Below, piece after piece: positions 6,645 to 17,228 of a stretch of DNA of 50,501 nucleotides. The stretch is from IMG/VR virus record IMGVR_UViG_3300045988_110337; one strand, given 5' to 3'. The stretch's first letter is position 1. Each line of letters starts with the position of its first letter. Source of the stretch: a virus. The notes beneath the pieces are model-generated. The model had not been told where the DNA came from. It searched no databases and was given only the letters and a program-made list of their open reading frames with translations. Both the position numbers and the translations under genes were made by a program.

Positions 6645-8168
6645 ATGGAAAACATACGGGTAGTTCCTATTTTTGTTTACACGGAGGTTTTTCTTGTGCT
6701 TGAAAATGATATTGTTCGCCTTGCTACTTGTGATAGCCTTCATGGTCGGCGAAAGATACTAACGAACAAACAAAAAATAACCAGCGACAATGTTGTGTTC
6801 GTGCTTGGAAATTCACTCGGCTTCGACAGCGCAAATGTCGCGGAAATAAATTACTTATATGACGTTTATCGCGGAATAATGGATATCCGCTATAAAGACA
6901 AATCCGTGAGACCCGACAACAACAACAAGGTCACTATCAACCTTCCGAACAAGATAGTTACTTTTAAATCCTCGTTCTTCCTAAGCTCTCCCATTCAGTA
7001 TGTAGCGGCTAACGGAAAAGAGGATATATCCGACAAGGTAGCTTATCTGAACGTTCTTATGACTTCCGAAGGAAAAGAATCAAAGGACAAAGAGTGCTCG
7101 GACTGGATGCACATCTGCGGAGTTGAACCGAGGATGGTTCTTCCCGACCCCGACAACGAGAAAGACGGCAGTCCCGCAGCTCTTTATTCCCTTGACCCGA
7201 GAGAAGCGTTTGTTATCTACTCTTCGGGCATTGGCAGAAAACCTCTCGCGGGTGTACTGAAACAGTACGACGAGGACGATAACCTCATTTACTACGTTTA
7301 TGTGCCGGAAGGAAGATACACCGTAAAGGGTAATGACGTTGTAGACTGGCTTGCTTACGACTTCGGGCGCGTTCCGATAGTGGAATATCCGCTGAATGAA
7401 GCTCGTTTGGGAGCGTTTGAGACGGTTCTCTCGCCTATCAACATGATAAACACTCTTGAGTCCGCTCGTGTTGACAATGTTGTTGACTTTGTAAACGCCT
7501 ATGACGTGTTCCAAAACTGCGAAATCGACGAGAACACATACAAGGAACTTGCAAGGGGCGGTCAGTGTATCTGCATCAGAAGCGGTCAGGGAACGGAAGC
7601 AAAGGTTTACCGCATATCCTCTGAAATCTCGCAGACGGGCGTTCAGACGGAAATAGACGCGCTGTATGACTACATTGATGAAATAACGGGTATGCCGACA
7701 AGAGCCGGAGATTCAGCCGCAGCAGACACGGGCATGGGAACGAGATTCCGCAACGGTTGGCAGGATGCTTCCGCGAGAGCTAACGACACTGAAAAGCTAT
7801 TTGCGCGTTCAGAAAGAGAGATTCTGAAGCTGATTCTCAAAATTTACAAAGACAAGGGCATTCTCGACCTTGACCCGACTGACGTTAAGATTCAGTTTAC
7901 CCGCGAAAACCTCACCGACATTCAATCGAAAGCACAGGTTCTTTGCGAACTGCTCAACAATGAAAAGGTTCATCCGCGCGACGCTTACGACATTTCCGGT
8001 TTGTTTACAGATGTAGAAAATGCATATCAGCGCGGTATGGAGTGGTATGAAGAAGCACAGTCCGAGCTTGAAAACAGCTTAGAAAAGGAGCTTGAGAATG
8101 CAAGAACGTTACATAACGACGGACAGAGCGATAGAAATACTGCGGAAGAAGACAATACGGCGGTTTGA
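6645..8168 (+). CDS. Portal protein (SPP1 gp6-like). The true start may be GTG 6696, which follows a GGAGG
   Basis: Size, position after terL, and portal-like core. Confidence 0.8.
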   Translation: MENIRVVPIFVYTEVFLVLENDIVRLATCDSLHGRRKILTNKQKITSDNVVFVLGNSLGFDSANVAEINYLYDVYRGIMDIRYKDKSVRPDNNNKVTINLPNKIVTFKSSFFLSSPIQYVAANGKEDISDKVAYLNVLMTSEGKESKDKECSDWMHICGVEPRMVLPDPDNEKDGSPAALYSLDPREAFVIYSSGIGRKPLAGVLKQYDEDDNLIYYVYVPEGRYTVKGNDVVDWLAYDFGRVPIVEYPLNEARLGAFETVLSPINMINTLESARVDNVVDFVNAYDVFQNCEIDENTYKELARGGQCICIRSGQGTEAKVYRISSEISQTGVQTEIDALYDYIDEITGMPTRAGDSAAADTGMGTRFRNGWQDASARANDTEKLFARSEREILKLILKIYKDKGILDLDPTDVKIQFTRENLTDIQSKAQVLCELLNNEKVHPRDAYDISGLFTDVENAYQRGMEWYEEAQSELENSLEKELENARTLHNDGQSDRNTAEEDNTAV

Positions 8169-8742
8169 AAAAGCTAAGTCCTCAATAAGGCTTGCTAAAT
8201 TCGACGAACTTCACGTTATAAAGACCGTCGCGACGCTTTACAAGAACCTTGATAACGATTTTCGGGAAACGATGTTGGAACTTGCCTTTGCCATATATGA
8301 AGAAATAGGTGAAGAAGTAAGCCGATACGGTTACAAGGACATCGGAAAAATTTCCGCAAAAGCAAAAAAGACCCTTGTCGAGACTGTCCTCTCGTCTCCG
8401 AATTCCGTAACAAAGTACGAATACGAGAACGAAGTCTTAAGAAAGCGCGACAGGCTTTCAGAAGCTCTCAGGGCGCGTTCGGACGTTAACAGCGAGTGGA
8501 GACGTGCAGTAAGCCTATGGTCGAATATGACCGCCCAATACGCCGATATAGTGACTGACGAGACGGCACTCAGAGCATACAAGGACGCGGGAGTTGAGTA
8601 TGTGATGTGGGTGACGCAAGAGGACGAAAAGGTATGCGAGATTTGCAAGCCGCTTGACGGAGAGATATTCCCTATTAACGAAGCGCCCGACAAGCAACAC
8701 TGGCATTGCAGATGTTACCTCGCACCTATAGAAAGAAAATAA
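8098..8742 (+). CDS. Minor head / head morphogenesis protein (Mu F / SPP1 gp7 family)
   Basis: C-terminal VMWVTQEDEKVCEICKPLDGEIF...HWHCRCYL signature; AAGGAG RBS; overlaps the portal 3' end. Confidence 0.8.
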   Translation: MQERYITTDRAIEILRKKTIRRFEKAKSSIRLAKFDELHVIKTVATLYKNLDNDFRETMLELAFAIYEEIGEEVSRYGYKDIGKISAKAKKTLVETVLSSPNSVTKYEYENEVLRKRDRLSEALRARSDVNSEWRRAVSLWSNMTAQYADIVTDETALRAYKDAGVEYVMWVTQEDEKVCEICKPLDGEIFPINEAPDKQHWHCRCYLAPIERK

Positions 8743-8878
8743 CGGATATACGGCTCATGCCTTAATATATCAGCGGCAGAGAAGTCGCTTTATAAAATTC
8801 GCAGACTGCGGAGATGCAGTATAAAAGCGCAAAAAATATCAGGTCAGAGAAGACCGAAAAACGCAAGGAGAATTTATT

Positions 8879-9448
8879 ATGCCTAACATTGACACCTCAA
8901 CAATCGAAGGATTCGACGCAATGAGCGCGGAAGACCAGGTCAAGGCTCTTCTCGGACTTGATATCCCTGAAAAAGTCGACTTATCGGGATATGTAAAGAA
9001 AGAGCTGCTTGACAAGACCGCGTCTGACCTCGCGGCGGCAAAGAGAAGCCTTAAAGAGAAAATGACTTCCGAAGAAGCGGCTAAGGCTCAGTCCGACGAA
9101 GCAATGAAGGAACTTCAGGACAAATACAATGAACTGCTGAAAAAGACCTCTATTGCAGAGAACACCGCTAAATACCTGGAAGTCGGATACTCTCCCGAAC
9201 TTGCAAAGTCTACCGCAGAAGCAATATTCAACGGTGACATGGATGCGGTTCTCGAAAATCAGAAGAAATATAACGCCGAATGTGAAAAGAGGTTCAAGGA
9301 AAATATTGAACGCGGGCTTCATCCGAACGGTGGGAGCAACACTGAAAAAGACAGTCCTGAAATTGCTCTCGCTAAGAAATTCGGCAAACAGAAAGCGGAT
9401 GCACGTTCAAGTTCTCAGGAAGCACTTAATTACTATATCAAGAGATAA
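8879..9448 (+). CDS. Scaffolding protein
   Basis: Charged, helical 189-aa protein immediately upstream of the capsid genes. Confidence 0.6.
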   Translation: MPNIDTSTIEGFDAMSAEDQVKALLGLDIPEKVDLSGYVKKELLDKTASDLAAAKRSLKEKMTSEEAAKAQSDEAMKELQDKYNELLKKTSIAENTAKYLEVGYSPELAKSTAEAIFNGDMDAVLENQKKYNAECEKRFKENIERGLHPNGGSNTEKDSPEIALAKKFGKQKADARSSSQEALNYYIKR

Positions 9449-9460
9449 GGAGATATGTAA

Positions 9461-9793
9461 ATGAAATTCACTTCAAAAAGCGCGGGCGAGATGTTTACTA
9501 TTCTCGCATCCGACAATTACAACGCAATTCCCATTACAGTGGGCGGCACATCCCTTGTTAAAGCCGGAACTCCGCTCACAGCAAGCGGCACAGCTCCCAC
9601 AAGCGGTGTTACGGGTGCTGTAGGCGTACTTCTTTATGACGTTGACCCGACAATCAATCCCAACGGCGCAATCGTTGTACAGGGTGTCATAGATGGCGTT
9701 AAGGCAAAGGCTCATTCCGGCGTAGACATTTCCACAATCGGAACCGTTGTCTCCGGACTTGTTGTACGCGGTGACACCGGCGTAACTGAGTAA
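9461..9793 (+). CDS. Head decoration / capsid cement-like protein
   Basis: 110 aa, Gly/Val/Thr-rich, directly upstream of an E-family capsid gene. Confidence 0.5.
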   Translation: MKFTSKSAGEMFTILASDNYNAIPITVGGTSLVKAGTPLTASGTAPTSGVTGAVGVLLYDVDPTINPNGAIVVQGVIDGVKAKAHSGVDISTIGTVVSGLVVRGDTGVTE

Positions 9794-9815
9794 CAATGAA
9801 CAGGAGGTATAACTA

Positions 9816-10883
9816 ATGGATTTTCTTAATCTTTTTACACCTAAAGCTGTAGCGGCTAACTATACAGAAGCCGCTTCAAACAAAATTCCCTATTTCGGCG
9901 CGTCTCTCTTCCCCGCTAAGAAAAAGGCGGGACTTGACCTTGCGTGGTTTCAGGGTGCGGGCGGACTTCCTGTTTCTCTCGCTCCTACCGCGTTTGACGC
10001 AAAGGCTACTTTCCGTTCAATCGGCAATGTTACAAAAGTAGAAACAGAAATGCCGTTCTTCCGCGAAGGATTCCTCATTTCCGAAAAGGACAGACAGGAA
10101 CTTATCCGCGCTTACGATGCCAACGACCCTTATATACAGGCTGTAATTGACCGTATATTCGATTTTACCAACAACCTTGTTGAGGGTGCGGAAGTTGTTG
10201 CCGAAAGAATGAGAATGTCCCTTCTCTTCCCTTCCGGCGGCGACGTGAAGATTACATTTAAGGCAAACGGCGTAGCTTACGAATATAACTACGATTCGGC
10301 AAGTGCATGGAAGACAAGCAACTACTCTTCCCTCACTACTACCGCTCTTTGGTCGGCTCCCAGTACGGCAGACCCGATTAAGGACTTTATGACAATGGCT
10401 GACAAGGCAGCAAGCGTTTCCGGCTCTGTCGTAAGATATGCCGTAATGTCAAACGATACATTTAACAAGATGATTGCAACAGAAGCGGTAAAGAACCGTT
10501 GGCTCTCCGCTTCCGGCATTAAGGCGGGATATCTCACTCCCGGCGACGCTACCAGTGCCATTGAATCAGCTACGGGCATTACTCCCGTTGTCTATACAAA
10601 GAAGTATAAGGACGAGAGCGGCACGGTTGCTTCGTTCGTTCCCGATGGATATGTAACGTTTATTCCTGAAGGAAACCTCGGCTCAACATGGTACGGCACA
10701 ACTCCCGAAGAAGCTGACCTTATGCGCAAGCCTGACACGGAAGTTTCCGTTGTGAACACAGGTGTTGCCATTACCAGAATCATAAAGGAACACCCTGTAA
10801 ACACCGAAATCCTCGCTTCCGAAATCGTTCTTCCTTCCTACGAGAGAATGAACGAAGTTGTAACTCTCAAGGTAACTGCCTGA
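9816..10883 (+). CDS. Major capsid protein (lambda gpE-like family)
   Basis: 355 aa. The C-terminal region parallels lambda gpE by recall (...FIPEGNLGSTWYG... ...HPVNTEILASEIVLP...). Confidence 0.75.
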   Translation: MDFLNLFTPKAVAANYTEAASNKIPYFGASLFPAKKKAGLDLAWFQGAGGLPVSLAPTAFDAKATFRSIGNVTKVETEMPFFREGFLISEKDRQELIRAYDANDPYIQAVIDRIFDFTNNLVEGAEVVAERMRMSLLFPSGGDVKITFKANGVAYEYNYDSASAWKTSNYSSLTTTALWSAPSTADPIKDFMTMADKAASVSGSVVRYAVMSNDTFNKMIATEAVKNRWLSASGIKAGYLTPGDATSAIESATGITPVVYTKKYKDESGTVASFVPDGYVTFIPEGNLGSTWYGTTPEEADLMRKPDTEVSVVNTGVAITRIIKEHPVNTEILASEIVLPSYERMNEVVTLKVTA

Positions 10884-11074
10884 TGATTTACCTCACACCT
10901 AAATATTCGGTTAATTACCGTGGTGTGTGGCACAATGCGGGAGAAAAGTTTGAGATATCTTCCTCCGATACTGCGGAACTTTCGGCGCACGGAGTGATAA
11001 CCGAAGAAAAAGAAAAGACTGTTGTAGCGGAAGAAAAGCCGAAGACAACAACTAACACACGCAAAAAGAAATGA
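10883..11074 (+). CDS. Hypothetical small protein with basic tail
   Basis: ATG overlaps the capsid stop (TGATG). Confidence 0.4.
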   Translation: MIYLTPKYSVNYRGVWHNAGEKFEISSSDTAELSAHGVITEEKEKTVVAEEKPKTTTNTRKKK

Positions 11075-11089
11075 GAAAGGCGGGAGAAA

Positions 11090-11395
11090 ATGACCGACAT
11101 TGAACGCTTGAAAATCAGAACGGAAGAAAGTGATACACGCATTCTCTATGAGCTGCTTGAAAGCGCGGAAAATATCATAATCTCCCGCCGTTTCCCCTTT
11201 GGGGGAGATAATGCTACATTTGAAGAACGGTACAGAGACCTCAAAATACGCATAGCGGAAGACATGTACAACAGGCTCGGCGCGTCTGGGCAGCTCTCTC
11301 ATTCCGAAAACGGTATTGACAGAAAGTGGAGTTCCGAATGGGTGTCCGAACAGCTTCTAAATGAAATCATTCCGAAAGTAGGCAGACCGACATGA
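11090..11395 (+). CDS. Head-tail connector (gp6-like) candidate
   Basis: Size and synteny after the capsid gene. Confidence 0.45.
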   Translation: MTDIERLKIRTEESDTRILYELLESAENIIISRRFPFGGDNATFEERYRDLKIRIAEDMYNRLGASGQLSHSENGIDRKWSSEWVSEQLLNEIIPKVGRPT

Positions 11396-11784
11396 GATGT
11401 TTGAGAAAGAACAAGCGCGAATTTTGGTATGCACTCTATCTCGGAAACGAGGACGGAAAAGACGAAAACGGACTATACACGGGAGAACACACTGCGAAAT
11501 ACTCAACTCCGAAGAAGTATAAGGCTAACATATCGGCGGCTAAGTCGGCTTCGATGTATGGCGACGTTATAGTTGAAACGTTCGGAACGGATATACAGTA
11601 CGACAAAATTATTGTGATAGATGAACCGAATTTTGAGATTGACGAACACACCGTATTGTGCATCGACAAGCCTTTGACCTATGACACGAACGGGCACATG
11701 GAATACGACTACATTGTAACAAAAGCTGCACGGTCGTTAAACAGCGTTTCCTATGCGATAAGGCGGGTGACGGTCGACGGATGA
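11392..11784 (+). CDS. Head-tail joining protein candidate
   Basis: ATGA start/stop coupling; synteny. Confidence 0.4.
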   Translation: MRCLRKNKREFWYALYLGNEDGKDENGLYTGEHTAKYSTPKKYKANISAAKSASMYGDVIVETFGTDIQYDKIIVIDEPNFEIDEHTVLCIDKPLTYDTNGHMEYDYIVTKAARSLNSVSYAIRRVTVDG

Positions 11785-12284
11785 TAAACATCAGAATAAG
11801 AAACACGTGGAAAGTCGCGCGTCAGATAAAGGACTACACGCGCAGTCTCGGTGCAAAGCTGAACACGTTTCTTGAAAAACTCGCCGACATAGGCATAACG
11901 CAGGCGGCAATCCATTTCCAAAGTGCGGAGTATGACGGCGTAAACGATGTTGTGGTTGATTCTTCGCCGACATGGCTTGACGAACATACGCTTGCCATCA
12001 ACGCTTCAGGTGAATCAATACTGTTTATCGAATTCGGAACCGGCGTATATAATCCCGTGACGCATCCCAAGGCTGACGAACTCGGCATGATTCGTGGTGC
12101 ATACGGCAAGGGCTACGGTCAAAACTACACATGGTACTATCGCGGAGACCCCGGAACGAACGGTGAAGACCTCGGCAACGGAAGAATAAGAACTCACGGC
12201 AACAATGCCAACCGCTGCATGTGGGACGCTTCCGAGGAAATGCGCCGAAGAATATACGATATCGCAAAGGAGGTGTTCTCATGA
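11781..12284 (+). CDS. Head-tail joining / tail component candidate
   Basis: ATGA coupling; synteny. Confidence 0.4.
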   Translation: MINIRIRNTWKVARQIKDYTRSLGAKLNTFLEKLADIGITQAAIHFQSAEYDGVNDVVVDSSPTWLDEHTLAINASGESILFIEFGTGVYNPVTHPKADELGMIRGAYGKGYGQNYTWYYRGDPGTNGEDLGNGRIRTHGNNANRCMWDASEEMRRRIYDIAKEVFS

Positions 12285-12682
12285 TTGACATTGAAAACGT
12301 GCTTTACACGGAGCTTTACAATGCGCTCAAAGAGAAGTTTCCTGCTCTGTCTATATCGGGCGTTGAAGAGCGTTTGCCATCGTCATTTCCGTTTGTGAGC
12401 GTTGTGGAAGCGGACAATCTTGTGCGTTCGGACACGATTGACAGCTCTAACCGCGAGAATCACGTGAATCTGCTTTATGAGGTGAATATTTACTCCAACA
12501 AAGCGGGAGAACGCAAAACGGAAGCGAAAGCAATTCTTGCTGAAATAGACCGACAGCTCACCATGCGCGGATTTTTGAGGACTGCGGCGCAGCCTGTTTC
12601 TTTAAACGACGGCACGATTTACAGAATTATCGCACGTTATACAGGATGTGCGGACAAGAATAATGTTATCTATAGGAGGTAA
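12281..12682 (+). CDS. Tail completion / terminator-like protein
   Basis: ATG 12281 after GGAGGTG; position just before the major tail gene. Confidence 0.45.
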   Translation: MIDIENVLYTELYNALKEKFPALSISGVEERLPSSFPFVSVVEADNLVRSDTIDSSNRENHVNLLYEVNIYSNKAGERKTEAKAILAEIDRQLTMRGFLRTAAQPVSLNDGTIYRIIARYTGCADKNNVIYRR

Positions 12683-12687
12683 TTTAG

Positions 12688-13134
12688 ATGGCTATACCTA
12701 CCCCTGTAACCTCGATGGGCGTATTCCTGATGAAGAAAGACACAGGAAGCACATACACAAAGCTCATTGATATAAACTCTTTCGGCGACCTCGGCGGTAC
12801 TCCCGAAACGCTTGATGCTACAACTCTTTCGCATTACGTATCTGTCAGTGTACTCGGCATTCAGCAGCAGGAAAGCATTGAGTTTGAAGCTAACTACACC
12901 AAGACGGAATATAAGGCTCTTGAGGCAGGTCAGAACACCGAAACAGACCTTTCCGTATGGTTTGGCGGTACAAGTGCGAACGACGGCACATACACGGCAA
13001 CAGGTATTAACGGCAAGTTCAATTTTAAGGGAATGTACTCTCTTAAAGTAAACGGCGCGGGAGTAAACGAAGTTGTTCATTGCACCGTCACCGTAACCGC
13101 GCTGACAGCTCCCTCACTTTCAGACGATACCTGA
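12688..13134 (+). CDS. Major tail protein
   Basis: 148 aa, strong RBS, located before the chaperone pair and the tape measure gene. Confidence 0.7.
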   Translation: MAIPTPVTSMGVFLMKKDTGSTYTKLIDINSFGDLGGTPETLDATTLSHYVSVSVLGIQQQESIEFEANYTKTEYKALEAGQNTETDLSVWFGGTSANDGTYTATGINGKFNFKGMYSLKVNGAGVNEVVHCTVTVTALTAPSLSDDT

Positions 13135-13156
13135 TTAAAGAAAGGAAATATAAACC

Positions 13157-13507
13157 ATGGCTAACAGAACTACAATTCAGTTTGAATACAACGGAACAGC
13201 ATATACCCTCGGCTACACAATTGCATCGCTCAAACGACTTGAAAGGAGCGGATTTTCCTTCGGAAACCTTGAAGACCATCTTCTGACGGCGCAGGAAGAC
13301 CTTTTCTGTGCGGCTTTCGATGCTTTCCACAAGAATGTACCGAGAAATGAAAGAATAGCTATTTACAAGGAATTTGCCAATTCGGAAGACGGAGAGGAAG
13401 GCGAAACTGCAAACACTCTTTCCGACATCCTTTTCAGAATGGTAAATGAGGTAATCGAAGAAATGTCTCCCAAGGGAAACGTGAAGTGGAAGACGGTGAA
13501 GGGATAA
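13157..13507 (+). CDS. Tail assembly chaperone (gpG-like)
   Basis: Acidic 116-aa ORF before the tape measure gene. Confidence 0.65.
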   Translation: MANRTTIQFEYNGTAYTLGYTIASLKRLERSGFSFGNLEDHLLTAQEDLFCAAFDAFHKNVPRNERIAIYKEFANSEDGEEGETANTLSDILFRMVNEVIEEMSPKGNVKWKTVKG

Positions 13508-13959
13508 CACCATCTTCCGGCGATACGGGCATAACTGACGCTGAACCGACAGTTGACAAGCCGTGGTTTGCGGAGTATGCGGATAATATGTGCTCCTACT
13601 ATATGTCTATAGGAGTTCCCTATGACACATACTGGAACGGAGACTTTACAGAACTTCGCTACTACCGAGAAGCAGAAGAATACAGACAGGAGCGAGATAA
13701 TTATGCGGCGTGGTTACAAGGAATCTATGTATACGAGGCTGTAGGTTGTCTCGCTCCTATTCTTCATGCTTTTGCAAAACGCGGTACAAAGCCCGGCAAA
13801 TATCCCGAAAAGCCGTATTCCGTAACCGAAAGGCAGAGAAAAGCCGAGGAAGAAGCGGAAAAAGCTAAAAAACAAGCGGAAGTACAAAATCAAGCGTTCT
13901 CGTGGCTTTCCGCTATGCGACAAAAATTCAGTGGAAAGGAGAACAAAAACAATGGCTGA
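13157..13959 (+). CDS. Tail assembly chaperone GT-like fusion via -1 programmed frameshift
   Basis: The downstream ORF (13486-13959) lies in the -1 frame and overlaps the end of the G-like ORF. A slippery heptamer sits at 13474-13480. Confidence 0.5.
13474..13480 (+). promoter_or_regulatory. -1 frameshift slippery heptamer G GGA AAC
   Basis: In-frame as aaG GGA AAC in the G-like ORF, analogous to lambda G GGA AAG. Confidence 0.5.
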
Positions 13960-16831
13960 CGGAACAATAGACAATCTACAAATAGTAGTCACTGCCGAGA
14001 CAAAGAAGGCGGAAAGCGCGCTGAAAAATCTTGTGAAAACGCTCGAACCGTTCAAAAAGTTTGCAAGCGAAATGGGTTCGGCAAGCGGCATCGACAAGAT
14101 GGTGGACACAAACGGTATCAAGAACGGCACGTCTGCACTTAGGAAAATGAGTGAAGAAGCCGCGAAGGTATCTAAACAATACAAAGTTACTGTAGGCTCT
14201 TATAAGCAGCTTATTGCGATGAGCAAAAAGTTGAAATCAAACAGCGGGAAAATCACAGATGATTATGGCATAACGGAAGCTGTCAATAGATACATGGACG
14301 CGAGAAAAGCCAAGAAGAGCGGCAGCGGAATTAATACCGGCGGAATGTCTGTGCCGTTTGATTGGGAAAAGTACAATGCCAAAGCGAAAAGGCAAAGAGC
14401 TGAAATACAAAAAGCTATGTTCGATTCAACGCTTGATTCCATGTTTGCCAAACCCACCTCAACGATGAAGAAGCAGTTTAACGACATACTCAAGTCAGCG
14501 GGCAAAGAGACAAGTCAAAGCGACATACTCGAAAGCCTTATCAAAAACGCGGAACAGCTTGACACTGTGGAAAAACCGCTTGCTTCGATATCGGCGAAAT
14601 TTGGCGAACTCAAAGCCAAAGCAAAAGGTGCTGCGAAGTCTATAAAAGACCTCGGCAAGCAGATGAGCAAGAGTTTCAAGAACTCGGTTCTCGGCGAAAC
14701 TATCGGCAAGGTTGCGGGTTCATTTGAAAGAATCCTTCGTTATCGTACCGTGAATGAGTTCTTGAAACAGATTGCTAAAGCATTCAGCGAGGGCGTAAAA
14801 AACCTATACCAATATAGTAAAGCTATGGGGACTGACTTTGCAAGCAGTATGGACAGTGCCGCTACTTCTCTGCAATATTTCCGAAATTCTGTAGGTGCTA
14901 TGACAGCTCCGATACTCAATGCGCTCATTCCCGTATTCGATTCGCTCATTGATAGAATAGTCGAGGGTGTAAACTGGCTGAATCAGCTTTTCGCGAAAAT
15001 GACTGGTGCTTCTTCGTGGACTAAGGCTATTCGCCAGCAGAAAGAATATGCGGAAGCGGCTAAGGATTCGGCGGCTGCTCAGAAACAGCTCCTTGCGGGA
15101 TTTGACGAGCTGAACGTTATATCGAGCACTGGCAGTTCTTCCGGCAAGACCACACCCGACTACAGCGGAATGTTTGAAGAGGTGACAATGGAGAACATAT
15201 CGTCAAGCGTTACGGAGTGGTCGGACAGGCTTCTTGACACATGGGCGAAAATCAAAGAGTATGCAACAGAAATTGTGGCGGCTCTTGTCGGTATAAAGGT
15301 ATCGGAGCTGTTCGGAGGAGGGTTTGGCACATCCGCTACGCTTGCTATATCTTTTGCGGGACTTGCGTTTGAGTTTGATGGAATAAAGAATCTTGTTTCA
15401 GGCGAAGTGACGAAAGAAAATATACTTAAAGCGGTTCTCGGTTCGCTTGCTACTATAGCGGGACTTACCGTTAAATGGGGCAAGGCTGGACTTGTGATAG
15501 GCATACTAGCTACAATTGCTACGGCTATTGCAGCTGTCAAGGTTGGACTTGATGAGAAAAAACAAAAATTTCTCGACACGCAGGAACTTCACGCCAAAAT
15601 CCAGAAAATTGCAGACAAGGCAAAGATAGACCTTGAAATAGCGGCTGAATTGCAATTGCGTGTAGACAAGCTCGATGCTCCGGTAAAAGAGGTTGAGCTA
15701 AAAATGGCTACACTTAAAAAGCTTATAAACGAAGCGTTCAAACTCAACGACATTCCGGCGGAACAAAGAACCACAACGGAAGCAGAACTTTTGAAAACTC
15801 TCGTAAACGAAATCAATTCAATGGGGATTATAGAAATTGAAGTTGACGACAAGGGTTCTATCATTCAGACGCGCGACGAACTTGACAAGCTCATCAAGTC
15901 GCGAGAAAAGGAACTTCTGCTTGAAGCGTACAATGAATCAATCAAAAACGCATACATCCTGCAATCGGACGCTGAATATAAACTTATCGAACTAAAGCAA
16001 GATAATATAGAAGCTACGGAGAGACAGAAAGAAGCACAACAGAAGATATATGACCTTATCAAAAGCGACAACAAGGGTTTCCTTGATTCTCTCGGGCTTA
16101 ACACAAGAGCGTTGCAGGACATTACAAGCGCGAGTGATATAACAACCGACAGCATACACTGGTTAAGCGTAAAAAACGCAGAACTTGCAAGCGTTTTAGG
16201 CGGAGAACTGTCAACTCAATTTATATCATGGATGGACGACCTCGCAGACGCGGAAGGAGCCGTTAAAGATACATCACTTGCGGTTAATAATGCGGAAACT
16301 GCGCTCCAAGACGCGGCGGATAAAGTCGATTATTTCAGCGGAAAAGTCAAAGACCTTGACGGTATGACCGCAGGTGTCACTATTGATGTAAAAGCCGATT
16401 TCAGCAAGGTTGAGGAAGCGAGAGAAAAGATTCGCAAGACTAAGACGGATTCCATTGTTGACGATTTGCTTTTCGGTTCTCTCGATAATCAGTTTGCGGA
16501 CGGCGGTTTCCCGACTATGGGACAGTTATTCGTTGCGCGTGAAGCAGGACCCGAATTGGTAGGCACTATAGGCGGCAGAAACGCTGTTGCGAACAACGGT
16601 CAGATTATAGCGGGCATTCAGGCGGGTGTCACAAACGCTATGAACGGTGTACTCCGCGCGAACAGTACCGGCTCGGATAAGGATACCGCAGAGCAGAACA
16701 AACTTCTCAGAGAACAAAACAGACTGTTACAAAAGATTGCTGACAAGGAACTTTCGATTTCTCCGTCTGTCGCTTTGGGACGCGCGGTAAAACGCTCCCA
16801 GAAGATGGTTGAACAGGTTACGGGTGGTTAA
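13952..16831 (+). CDS. Tape measure protein
   Basis: About 960 aa, helical, with a hydrophobic central segment. ATG 13952 follows AAAGGAG. Confidence 0.85.
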   Translation: MADGTIDNLQIVVTAETKKAESALKNLVKTLEPFKKFASEMGSASGIDKMVDTNGIKNGTSALRKMSEEAAKVSKQYKVTVGSYKQLIAMSKKLKSNSGKITDDYGITEAVNRYMDARKAKKSGSGINTGGMSVPFDWEKYNAKAKRQRAEIQKAMFDSTLDSMFAKPTSTMKKQFNDILKSAGKETSQSDILESLIKNAEQLDTVEKPLASISAKFGELKAKAKGAAKSIKDLGKQMSKSFKNSVLGETIGKVAGSFERILRYRTVNEFLKQIAKAFSEGVKNLYQYSKAMGTDFASSMDSAATSLQYFRNSVGAMTAPILNALIPVFDSLIDRIVEGVNWLNQLFAKMTGASSWTKAIRQQKEYAEAAKDSAAAQKQLLAGFDELNVISSTGSSSGKTTPDYSGMFEEVTMENISSSVTEWSDRLLDTWAKIKEYATEIVAALVGIKVSELFGGGFGTSATLAISFAGLAFEFDGIKNLVSGEVTKENILKAVLGSLATIAGLTVKWGKAGLVIGILATIATAIAAVKVGLDEKKQKFLDTQELHAKIQKIADKAKIDLEIAAELQLRVDKLDAPVKEVELKMATLKKLINEAFKLNDIPAEQRTTTEAELLKTLVNEINSMGIIEIEVDDKGSIIQTRDELDKLIKSREKELLLEAYNESIKNAYILQSDAEYKLIELKQDNIEATERQKEAQQKIYDLIKSDNKGFLDSLGLNTRALQDITSASDITTDSIHWLSVKNAELASVLGGELSTQFISWMDDLADAEGAVKDTSLAVNNAETALQDAADKVDYFSGKVKDLDGMTAGVTIDVKADFSKVEEAREKIRKTKTDSIVDDLLFGSLDNQFADGGFPTMGQLFVAREAGPELVGTIGGRNAVANNGQIIAGIQAGVTNAMNGVLRANSTGSDKDTAEQNKLLREQNRLLQKIADKELSISPSVALGRAVKRSQKMVEQVTGG

Positions 16832-16833
16832 AC

Positions 16834-17217
16834 ATGATATCATTACTCAATTACACAATGGGAATAAAGTTCGGGGGGGTTAGTATTCCCGACCCTTCCG
16901 AATGGAATCCCTCAATAGCAGACGTTGATGAAAGTGCAGAGAGAGACGCGACTTCTGTTTTGCACAGAAACCGTGTGGGACAGAAGATAAACTTCGGTTT
17001 CAAGTGGAACTGTCTGACATGGGCGGAAATGGCTTCAATACTCAACGCCGTCAATTCCGACAGTTTCACGGCAGTCTGCCCAGACCCGTATCAAAAAGGA
17101 GGGACGCGCTCCGGCACATACTACGCGGGCGACAGGTCGGCAACAACAAAATACTACTGGATTGACAAAGAAGAAGTTGCGCGGTTCGATTTGTCGTTCA
17201 ACATCATTGAATTTTAA
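16834..17217 (+). CDS. Distal tail protein candidate (small)
   Basis: Synteny after the tape measure gene. Confidence 0.4.
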   Translation: MISLLNYTMGIKFGGVSIPDPSEWNPSIADVDESAERDATSVLHRNRVGQKINFGFKWNCLTWAEMASILNAVNSDSFTAVCPDPYQKGGTRSGTYYAGDRSATTKYYWIDKEEVARFDLSFNIIEF

Positions 17218-17228
17218 GGGGGGATAAC

